Shown in pieces: positions 46,201-56,172 of a stretch of DNA of 64,000 bases; position 1 is the first letter of the stretch, and the number at the start of each line of letters is the position of its first letter. Source of the DNA: Spongospora subterranea f. sp. subterranea (taxonomy: Eukaryota); the NCBI GenBank assembly GCA_049724395.1, contig JAUGWO010000111.1, forward strand, positions 1 through 64,000, written 5' to 3'. The notes beneath the pieces were generated by a model that worked only from the letters and a program-made list of their open reading frames with translations, did not search any database and was not told where the DNA came from. Position numbers and translations under genes: made by a program.

Positions 46201-47396
46201 TTAACGCTTGTCGCAATAGATGAGGCAACGAACGGTAGATGAGGTATGTTACGATGATCAGGGAACGGGTACAAGTTGTTGGCATCCTTCTTAACTTTGC
46301 CGACAAGTTTACCGTCGATGTTGAATATTTTGCAGTAGTCTCCCTTGAACAAAAACGATAGTCCGTCCGAAGTTGCTTGTCCAATGGAGAGAAGATTATT
46401 GGAAAGACCGGGTATGTGTAATACCGGTGAAATATCGATGATGGTATTTCCAGTGCCTATTTTGCTGCTGCCGGTTGCAGTTGAGCAAAGACTCTCATTA
46501 TTTGCCATAGTAACTGTCACGGGATCGGAATCGGGCAGAACTTCCTGCAAGGTAGAGGATTCGGGACACATGTGCATTGAGCAGCAACAGTCAAGAAGCC
46601 ATTCGTCACTGTGTTCATGAGCTGATTGTTGGGAGAGTGGAGCTACTTTTGATCGTTGGAGGGGATAGACTGAGGCAGACTGTTTAGTGAATAAATGTTT
46701 CGGACGTAGCTCGGGATGTTGTGCCCAGCAGTGGGCATTGTCATGCGAGTTGGAGTTGTGATAGCTGCAGCGAGAATGCCGTTTGACTGAGGTAGCGCAT
46801 GCTCGAGGCAGGATGGAAACTGCCGACACTTCACGAGACCTGTGCTCGAGTTGGGCTTCAAAATTGATGAGCGACGCGGCAGTAGCGGCAAACTTGACTT
46901 CGCTGAGTGTATCCAACGTGACGGTGAATGCGTCAAAACAAGATGGGAGGCCTGATAGTAGGCGATCAGTCATGTCTTCATCTGTCATATCCTTTCCGAT
47001 AGCGCGGAGCTTTGACTGTAAAACTTGAAGGGTGGCAATGTAAGTGGCCATCGGGGCGTCATTCTTTGTGCAGTTCCAAAACTCGGCGATGAGTCTGGTT
47101 CTGGTGGATCGTGATTTCTTGCGGTAAAGGCTTTCAAGAAGCGCCCACGCCTTGTGTGCCGTTGTTTCCTTCATTATTGCGCCGACAATCACGTCATCAA
47201 TGCAGCTGCATAAAATGGACTTAGCTTTCTTGTCTTTGCGTAGTTGGTCCGGAGTCGCGTTAGCATCAGGGTCTTTCTCAACGCATAATTCCAGATCCTT
47301 TGTCGATAGATACATCACTACCTTTTGTTGCCATAGTAACAGGTCATCGGTGTCTTTGCCGGAGAACTTTTGAATCGTCTGAAAAATTTCTTTCAT
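43238..47396 (-). CDS. copia-1 gag-pol polyprotein (three 1-nt indels in this copy)
   Basis: gag, WLLDCCCSMHM protease, WHNRLGH/CxxC, HSD..QSDNGGEY..ERLNRT integrase, KARLV, STDD, DSDWAGD RNase H. Confidence 0.93.
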
Positions 47397-47449
47397 CGCA
47401 ACTGAAGTTGAAGTAGAGGTGCGGAGAAGAGAAAGTGTGGGAATAACGA

Positions 47450-47612
47450 GAAATATACACTAAAGTGTACGTATGAACTGGTAGAAAATATACACTGAGG
47501 TGTATGTATGCAGTGGTGAAAAAGATACACTAAGGTGTATGTACAAGCTGGTAGAAATATACACTGAGGTGTATGTGTGCAGTGGTGAGAAGATACACTG
47601 AAGTGTATACGT
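47450..47612. repeat. copia-1 leader tandem repeat (five ~34-bp units, each with a TACACT..RGTGTA palindrome)
   Basis: Read directly between the PBS and the gag ATG. Confidence 0.85.
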
Positions 47613-49264
47613 AGGGGCCTGATGAGGTGGCAATTCGACTGTTAATCTAAAGGAAATCGATGTCTCCGATGTGAAGGTAATAGTAGAATGAGGTTTATTA
47701 CTGCGTGGTTATAGCATGTATAGGTGGGAGAATATAGGGGGGAGTGCACTAATAATCCAAATACAAAGTCCGCACAGTCACTCTTATGTTATGCATTTGC
47801 CGTGGTTGCGCCGACTGGGGGTACGCACCTTTCTTGGAGAATGTCCGTACTGGAGGCTGGCATGTTGTATTCAACACGACCTCATCCACGAAGTACAAAA
47901 TGCCTTTCAACAATTAACGGAAGAGAAGCTGAACTTCGTGTTCTTGACCTGGCAACAGTGCATGCGAGAGACGATGCAGAACGGTGGAGGTATAGGATAC
48001 AAGATTCCCCATATGGGGAAAGAGGCCATGCAGCGCGCCGGAACTCTCCCGATCACTCTTGATGTCGACAAAGAACTTATTGAGCTCACTCGATTGAGAG
48101 TATCGCCCACTCAATAAAATACCGGCCAGACATTCTGGGACAAAACAGAAAGTGCGTACCGGCCAGACATTATGGGACAGAGGGAGTAATTACTTCAAAA
48201 GTGCGCGCAACCCGGTTCGCAATATTTGTAGCGTCTGTCACGCAAAATAATATTTGCGGCCCATTTTTTGTGAACTGCGTCAGTCGTCCGGGGCAAGTTG
48301 CCGTCGACCCAATCACTTGATTATTCCATCCTTGTGTTGTATTAACACAAATATGCCACAATCATCGAAACAAAAACGACACCTCAAACGATGTCGACAA
48401 CACAGGAACGCGATCGTAGTTTCTCCATTCCCAACGGACGAAGCAGATGATTCGTATCCGCGTCTCGAAGACGATAGTGTTGATATGTCAGACGACGATT
48501 ACTTATTGAATAGTGAGGATGACAACATGATTGAAAAACAGATCTTGAAGTCCACAGCAACGCTCTTACAGTGGAAGGCTGGTGCTGGATCACATCTTCG
48601 AGCAATTTACACCGGAGATAGCAGGACAACACTTTGGCGCAAACAAAAAGAAGTGGAAGAAAAGGAAAAAATATTCAAGACCGCTCGTAAAATTACTGAC
48701 TACTTTGCCCCAACGAGCATGACCGCTCGTAAAATTACTGACTACTTTGCCCCAACGAGCATCACAAATACCGTTCCTGGAGAACCTGCATCTATCACCC
48801 CTGAAAAGGCCCTAAAAATCATATCTCAGTTTGCTGGCATAACGGCAAACAGATGTGTTGAACGACGACTCCTTGGAGTATCTAAATACGATACGCTGCG
48901 ATACTTGAGCATCGAGCAATATTTTATGTTGAGCATGGATGCCGGTAAGAAGATGTCTGCATCCTTAACCGTTGCGAAATCTTTCTTTCGTATTAAAGGA
49001 CTTCAACATCACGCCAGAAATATTCGACACTGGGCAGAGTACTTTTTGAAACATCAAACTTTGCCTGAACGCAAGCAAGGGTGCCACATCAAGTATACTT
49101 CGCTAATTTTGGATGAGGGCATTGCGAGCAGATGCCGGTCTTGGCTCAGGTCTACAAAAAACGATGCAATATCGGGTTTGACGTTTTCTCGATGGATCAA
49201 CACGCAGTTGCACATTGATCTGAATCTTTGCAACCCCATTACCATATCAGAAAAACGTGCCTTC

Positions 49265-50448
49265 TGTCAGGAGGCGCAACCCGATGAGGCACCCCTTCTC
49301 ACCCGTTCTCTATTCTATCTAATACATACGGTGCCGTGGAAACCGAACTGAGCACTAACCTCAGTTTGGTTAACGCCGTTTTTGAATCAAATTCTGTGTT
49401 GTTGTTCCTCGCCCTAGTTTCCTTAGTCTCCGCTCCAGTTCCCGCTCCTCGCCCTAGTCCCCGTCTTTCGCCCCTAGTTTCCGCCCTTGTCTCCAGTTTC
49501 GCACGTCCGTGTTCTTCATTCCCCGTTAGAAATAACAAGTAAAAGGATTAAACAAAAAAACTAAAGTAGTTAAGACTTGTTTACTAATTAGATTTTCTGA
49601 AATTAGAACTTGGTTCATAACAGTTTAAGTCCCCGTTGTTCGCCCCTAGTTTCCGCCCTTGTCTCCAGTTTCCGTCCGTGTTCTTCCTCCCCCGACTTGG
49701 TTCATAACAGTTTAACCAAACTGAGACCCTGTCGCTTACGAACTAGACCTGCCCGACGATTTACGAATTCACCCAGTGTTCCATGCGTCACTCCTGGAGC
49801 CGTACGTCGTTTCTACATTGCCCGACCGCGCTCGCGTCAACCCTCCGCCCATCATGATCGATGACGATCAACAGCCACTGTATGAGGTCGAACGCATCGT
49901 GGATTCACGAATTTATAGAAGACAATTTCAGTACCTGATCCATTGGAAAGGGTATGAGGAATGTGATCGAACGTGGGAGCCGGCGAAAGACTTGCTAGCT
50001 TTTGCCACCCCAGCCCTACAGGTAGTCGTACAAGATTACAATTTGCAATCTCCTACCAGACCGGGACCTATATCTGAAGGGGATGTAATGTCAGGAGGCG
50101 CAACCCGATGAGGCACCCCTTCTCACCCGTTCTCTATTGTATCTAATACACACGGTGCCGTGGAAACCGAACTGAGCACTAACCTCAGTTTGGTTAACGC
50201 CGTTTTTGAATCAAATTCTGTGTTGTTGTTCCTCGCACTAGTTTCCTTAGTCTCCGCTCCAGTTCCCGCTCCTCGCCCTAGTCCCCGTCTTTCGCCCCTA
50301 GTTTCCGCCCTTGTCTCCAGTTTCCGTCCGTGTTCTTCATTCCCCGACTTGGTTCATAACAGTTTAAGTCCCCGTCTTTCGCCCCTAGTCTCCGCCCTGG
50401 TCTCCAGTTTCCGTCCGTGTTCTTCCTCCCCCGACTTGGTTCATAACA
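49265..50448 (+). mobile_element. Internally deleted chromovirus (LTR - chromodomain - PPT - LTR)
   Basis: TSD CCTTC at 49260-64 and 50449-53; TG..CA LTRs at 49265-49709 and 50089-50448; HPVFHASLL and YEVERIVDSR..YLIHWKGY..TWEP; PPT GAAGGGGATG. Confidence 0.93.
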
Positions 50449-50852
50449 CCTTCGCTGGCTCAAATTTCTGGGTTATCAATATCGAGAATTGAAAAAAGGA
50501 TTGTATCATGATGGGCACGAACGAAACGACGTAGTTCAGTACAGGGAAGCTTTCCTCGATCGAATGGCAATTTATGCTCGTCGAATGCCAAAGTATATCG
50601 GGCGCGAGGATATGTTGACGGTAATTGAACCGCAACTTGAAAATGACGAGCGCAGAATTGTTCTTGTGACGCACGACGAATCTTGTTTTAGCGCTCATGA
50701 GGGAAAACGCACGATTTGGTTTGATCAGGATAACCGACCAATTCGACCCAAGGGTGAAGGGAAGAGCATTATGGTGTCGGAGTTCATCTGTGAATGTCAT
50801 GGACCGATGAAACTGACAGGCAATGATCAAGCAGAAAATCCCCTAGTTCCTA

Positions 50853-51322
50853 CTGAAACTGTGGTTATCATCAAGCCAGGTAAGAACGCGGACGGCTTCT
50901 GGACAAACCAAGACCTGGTCAAACAGATCCAAGAACGAGCAATTCCGATTTTCCGAATTTTGCATCCAAAAAGCAAAATGCTGCTAATGTTCGATAACTC
51001 CCAAACCACCGAGCATTGCCGCCTGACGTTCTCAATGCTAAAGTTCTGAACCTGAATGATGACGGAAAGAACGTAAAACTGCAGCGTCTGAAACTGTGGT
51101 TATCATCAAGCCAGGTAAGAACGCGGACGGCTTCTGGACAAACCAAGACCTGGTCAAACAGATCCAAGAACGAGCAATTCCGATTTTCCGAATTTTGCAT
51201 CCAAAAAGCAAAATGCTGCTAATGTTCGATAACTCCCAAACCACCGAGCATTGCCGCCTGACGTTCTCAATGCTAAAGTTCTGAACCTGAATGATGACGG
51301 AAAGAACGTAAAACTGCAGCGT
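50853..51322 (+). repeat. 235-bp direct tandem duplication inside the transposase
   Basis: 50853-51087 and 51088-51322 look identical. Confidence 0.9.
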
Positions 51323-52019
51323 CCAGGATGGTTCATGAAACAGGGACAACGAGTTGAACAGATGATGCAGACGAATGCGGGAGTCCAAAAAGGGTTGAGA
51401 ACCATTTTGCAAGAACGTGGCTTGTGGGAAAACTACTTATCGAAAGACTCAGCCAAATCAGTTCTTGACCAACAACCGGATTTTCGGGCGCAAAAAGAAT
51501 GGATCGTCGAAACAGTCGAACAAAATGACGGAATAGTTGACTTCTACCCGAAATTTCATTGTGAGTTTAACTTTATCGAGATGTATTGGGCTGCGGCCAA
51601 GAGTTACACTCGACGCAACTGCACGTACTCTTGGAAAGATTTGCAGATTGTTGTACCGAAGGCGTTGGAGCAGGTTCCTCTAGAACAAAATCGGCGCTTC
51701 GCCCCGAAAATGTTATCGATATATGGACGCTTACCGAATAGTTGACGCTTCTGGGAACAGGCTCTCTGTCCGACAAGCAGAATACGCCGTCAAGAAGTAC
51801 AAACGCCACCGCAGTCTACCAGAATCACTAATTGCGCAACTTGATTGATTTTGATGTCATTTTCTGCGCGCAGATACAAACTGCGAGCAATAATACAAAG
51901 TGCTTACGCATTTTTTACAAAATCGATTTGAAACAATTGTCGAGTTAAGGTGTCCCGTACCCTGGCACCAAAATGCCGAACACAAACGTTGGGAAAAAAA
52001 AAAAAAAAGACGAAACGGA

Positions 52020-54019
52020 TCAGTATTCGTCTCTGCATTTGAGTACTGCGACTCAGTTGATAGACTTCCAATGTTATTCGCCGAGCAAACCATGCTCTGG
52101 CTGGAAACTTGCCGAATAAGCATATGTTGCCACCGAAGTTTCACGATTTCAATGTGGTCAAATCGGCCCCCGACAACTTCATGGAAATCTTTTTTCGATC
52201 AGGAAATGTGCCATTCGATGTCCCAAGTTTATAGATTCAATAGGATTCCCAGCTCCGCATCAGATCTGGGGGCCTAACCATCAGCACCAAGGGACCTTTG
52301 CTGCGTTTGATGAATGGTTTTCAGCCAAATACTCTCAATCTCCAGTTCGTCGATAAATCGTCAACTAGGTCAACCCTTTGATGACGTCAGATTAACACAA
52401 GTAGTTGATGAAGTTGACCAGGCAGAAAGTTGACCGACCGATGTGTGGAAATTGCCCAATCGAGTGCAGTTTCACCATTATGATTTTTGAGAGTGATTAT
52501 TGTTGGACACGCCAAACCGAATATTCGACAAATTTTCCTGAGATATCAATTTAGCGGTGTTGATGTTTTGGACATATGTGTTGACAACGACCTTCCAAAA
52601 GGAATCAAGAAACCACCCAATTTCCCATAACGTTCCTTCATCTCATCCTGTTCCACAAAGTGGAACGACGCCACCTCAATTATATCGATAATGATCTGCT
52701 TACTTCTGTGGGATCTCAATCAAATATTTTGACTATATACACAGAATAGCAGTCTACAGGTTATGATATATCGCCAGGTGCAGTGCTGTATTCCCATTAA
52801 GATCAGGGATAAGGGGATTGGCGCCTCTCTTCAACAAATACTTGACCATAAATTCTCAATAACAGTAATTATATTGAGGGGCTGATCAGGGTCAGATACG
52901 AACTAGGACCAACCGACGGTAATAAACTGCATGTGAGAGAGCAGTGCGCCCCATATTGTTCTTGAGGTTGAATATTTCTGACGCCGCTTCACCGATGGCA
53001 TTTCAGTCTCTGTTAAATAACATCAGCGATTTCGAAACTTTCAACACACCTATTGAAAATATACAGGCCATTATGATCCATCGTTCCATTTGAACACCCA
53101 GAGGGATTCGTCATCTCATTATGGCGCAGATCATGGAGAGTCTTTGCCCTCGACGCTTTAATTATATAATTAAGGATTTCTTGACTTCTGTGAGATCTCA
53201 ATCAAATGAGTTCCAATTTCCACAGATTATTGGCAGTCTACAGGTTTCACTCGATTGCCAGGTGCAGTGCTGTATTGCCATATTTATCAACGATAATGGG
53301 ATTGGCTCCTCCATCCAACAGAGTCTTAATCACCTCTCCCCTGAACAATCAGTAGTAAATATTGTCAGCAGATCACCCTTAAACACTCTGTTCGACCAAC
53401 CGATCAAATTTCACTGCCAAATGGAGTGGCGTGTAACCAGCGTCGTAGTTTTTCAGGTCAAGAGCGTGTGGTTCTGTGATTTTGTCCAAGAGCTTGATGA
53501 CGGCGATATTTCTATTAAGGTGTCCGATAAGGGGTAATCACATATCATATTTAATATTATACAGGCCCTGACCAGCGGCGATGTGCAGTGGAGTACTCCC
53601 GAATTCATCCTGTGTGAATATGTCGGCCCCTCTATTTATCAGAATAGTGGCGACATTTTCACTGTTGTAATAACATTAAAAGGGAAATGTAATCCATGGT
53701 CAAGTCGATATTACCGGCAGTAGAGAAGCGCTAAATCAAGAGCGGTGATCTTGTACTCGCGGTTTGTCTGTTTCCAATACTGATTCTGACCAATACCACG
53801 TTTAACGTAATAAGGAGGAACTGTACTCGGGTCAAATCTCGTGGCCAATTTCTCAGTGATTCTATTTCTAAATAATCCGATTATTCATTTAGTACAGTAT
53901 TGGCCAACATTAATAAACTATAGCGACCCGTTTTCAATTGCCTCTTTAAGGTCAGACCCATTCAGTAGTTGAAAGAGGAACACGGCACCAAAAATCAATA
54001 TTATCGGATTCAATACCAT
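52020..54019 (-). pseudogene. Signal-peptide ankyrin-repeat gene, probably degenerate; candidate effector family member
   Basis: MVLNPIILIFGAVFLFQLLNG signal. Exons ENVATILINRGADIFTQDEFGSTPLHIAAGQG (53563-53661), ..GYTPLHLAV.., GEVIKTLLDGGANPIIVDKYGNTALHLAIE* (53242-53340, in-frame TGA) and FMVKYLLKRGANPLIPDLNGNTALHLA. The 3' end is uncertain. Confidence 0.8.
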
Positions 54020-54448
54020 CGGTACAATCAGTAAAATAAAGAATGACAAATCAGAGATTGGTGATAATGTGAGTGTACGGGGATAGCCGCAACTCCGCAC
54101 CATTTGACAGAAATTTTTCTCCATCTAGACTTGCGCAACTCACGAGTCGACTCGACCCGACTCATGACTCCAGTTTATGATGGAGTCGGTGGGGTACAGA
54201 TTGATCGAAAATTGATCGAGATCGAAAATTGATCTAAACTGTGCGCAGCCCGTCTTTGGATGCACTGGGCTGATATAAATTCTGTGCGACTGACCGATGA
54301 TGGAATTTAATCGAGGACGTGATTTTCGGCTATTTTTCCCACGACGGGTGTGCTTGTCGAGTTTGCTGAGAGTATTAGGATTTTTGAAATCATCAACGGC
54401 TGGCTACGGCTTCAACTTGCCAGACATTCTCATCAGTCAATTATACAT

Positions 54449-55230
54449 TTATTCTTGGATCATCCATAACCGCGAGAACGGGATGTTCTCCGGTTTCACA
54501 AAGTCCATGGTGCCACCACCGAAAATACTGTGCAGCCACATCAAGACGTATACGCCGCAACTCGAAGTATCTCTCTGCGTCGTACAGAAAACTTCAATCG
54601 TTCCGTTGTTTAGATTGGAAAAAAAAATGGCGTAGATTCCGATCAAAGATCTGAGTGATCCGCCTCAAGCTCTTCTCAAGACCCAGTGGCTCAAACACGA
54701 GGACTTGCCTGTCGACAATCGCACACCCGACCCAGTGTGAATTGTCAAGCTATATTACAGTGTTTGTGTGTGGATATTAATGCTGAGACGTCTTACATTT
54801 AGCGGGATCAAATACAATTTCCGCTGAGGTTTCAAGTGTGCAGCTTCTCGCCAATGGCGATTGATGATTTGTGTCCCAGATACCTGCAGTAGGACTGAAT
54901 CCAACAACGCAATTGACTGATGGGAATGCATGGCAAGTTCAAGCAGTAGCCAGCCATTCATGATATCACCCGTCAGGCAAGCCGTTCCGGCGAGATTTTC
55001 CATCAGCGTCCTGGAGCTAATCTCCGACATGAACTGATGCTCCAGGCGGTTGTTAATCAAAGCCTCTGGCACGATACTGGTCGCCGTTTCAATACAAACT
55101 GTATTGAACTGGTCTTGTTCTGGCGCAACAAAGGGGGCCTCTTTGATCCAATCTTGGAATTTCCGTGCCAGAGCAGCAGTTTTCATCCATGAGTACATAT
55201 CAAGCAATTCATGAATTAGTTTTCTGAACT
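54449..55230 (-). CDS. Ulp1/C48-like cysteine protease domain (partial, probably transposon-borne)
   Basis: CLTGDIMN, LIPLN|LDNSHW (intron), VFEPL, QRDTSSCGVYV; homopolymer frameshift near 54620; upstream part interrupted by SINEs. Confidence 0.75.
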
Positions 55231-55231
55231 G

Positions 55232-55378
55232 GTATGGTATACAAAGGATCGCGGGTTCTTATGGGTTGAGTAAGCCTGTGTACTACCAGGCTTTCCCTAC
55301 TTCCGCCTGGCCGCTACAAGTAGCTTAGGTATCCAATGGAGGAACCTATTAGACCAGTTGGATACCTATTAGACCAGG
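55232..55378 (-). mobile_element. 5'-truncated SINE tail-A copy
   Basis: TSD AGTTTTCTGAACTG at 55218-55231 and 55379-55392. Confidence 0.85.
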
Positions 55379-55436
55379 AGTTTTCTGAACTGAAATCAGT
55401 AACACTTGACAATTAAGACATGATGCCTCTACCTGG

Positions 55437-55854
55437 TATGGTATGGTATACAAAGGATCGCGGGTTCTTATGGGTTGAGTAAACCTGTGTACTACCAGGC
55501 TTTCCCTACTTCCGCCTGGCCGCTACAAGTAGCTTGGGTATCCAATGAAGGAACCTGTCAGATCAGCTGGATTCAGCAACATAATCTGTCCTAACGACCA
55601 CACCGAATGGGACCTGCCCCCACCTGATTACATTGCCTATCCAGAGTTTCCGAGTTTACTACAAGCAGCTCGCTCTCCCACATTCATTAGTGGCCACGTG
55701 GTCAGACCTTCGTGCTCAACATTCACTCTACTTTTCCGTATGGATGCAACCTTGGGGGGTTTCCCAAAATTCCATCACTCACGGGGTTTCGAACTCATGT
55801 CCAACACTCACCCGGACATGCCTGCCACCAACAGGGACAGACAGGAACCAAGCT
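55437..55854 (-). mobile_element. SINE-A full-length copy
   Basis: TSD ATGCCTCTACCTGG at 55423-55436 and 55855-55868; same 5' end as the 38.7-kb copy. Confidence 0.88.
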
Positions 55855-55892
55855 ATGCCTCTACCTGGAATAAATTCCGAAACCTTCTAAAG

Positions 55893-56172
55893 ATGGTATG
55901 GTATGGTATACAAAGGATCGCGGGTTCTTATGGGTTGAGTAAGCCTGTGTACTACCAGGCTTTCCCTACTTCCGCCTGGCCGCTACAAGTAGCTTGGGTA
56001 TCCAATGAAGGAACCTATTAGACCAGCTGGATTCAGCAACATAATCTGTCCTAACGACCACACCGAATGGGGCCTGCCCCCACCTGATTACATTGCCTAT
56101 CCAGAGTTTCCGAGTTTACTGCAAACAGCTCGCTCTCCCACATTCATTAGAGGCCACGTGGTCAGACCTTCG
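55893..56172 (-). mobile_element. SINE-A copy interrupted by copia-2
   Basis: Matches SINE-A up to GTCAGACCTTCG, where the copia-2 LTR begins. Confidence 0.85.

Larger units (their letters stand above)
43097..47876 (-). mobile_element. Full-length Ty1/copia element (copia-1), very recent
   Basis: 229-bp LTRs at 43097-43325 and 47648-47876 with one mismatch seen; PBS 47647-47634; PPT; CGAC duplicated on both flanks; gag-PR-IN-RT-RH order. Confidence 0.97.
42011..48117 (+). pseudogene. DD39D mariner transposase split by copia-1 (42011-43096 + 47881-48117)
   Basis: HVDEKWF, QQDNAKPH, PPNSPDMNVLDLGFF with 39 residues between the 2nd and 3rd Asp; resumes in frame as LIHEVQNAF...YKIPHMGKE. Confidence 0.93.
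41788..48186 (+). mobile_element. Plant-type mariner (DD39D, Stowaway-like TIRs)
   Basis: 31-bp TIR CTCCCTCTGTCCCATAATGTCTGGCCGGTAC; TA TSDs at 41786-87 and 48187-88; extra subterminal TIR motif near 48120. Confidence 0.95.
48353..51848 (+). pseudogene. Disrupted DDE transposase of the outer element (about DD116E)
   Basis: EKRA|LRWLKFLG, YHDGHERNDVVQYR, THDES, FDNS, PKFHCEFNFIEMYW, YMDAY..KKYKRHR; interrupted by the LTR element at 49265-50448, a 235-bp duplication and 1-nt frameshifts. Confidence 0.85.
41561..51957 (+). mobile_element. IS630-Tc1-mariner superfamily DNA transposon with long D-E spacing; hosts nested elements
   Basis: 22-bp TIR CGGGACACCTTAACTCGACAAT at 41561-41582 and 51936-51957; TA TSDs at 41559-60 and 51958-59. 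Confidence 0.9.
40661..52004 (+). mobile_element. SINE-B (head 1 + LINE-derived poly(A) tail B), split by nested insertions; about 450 bp when rebuilt
   Basis: Pieces 40661-40921, 41411-41560 and 51960-52004; TSD AAAAGACGAAA at 40649-40659 and 52005-52015; head resembles SINE-A and tail resembles the LINE 3' UTR at 1003-1302. Confidence 0.85.

Noticed and set aside
47450..47612. CRISPR-like array of palindromic repeats
   Set aside because: No unique spacers, no cas genes, eukaryotic context, and it lies in a copia leader.
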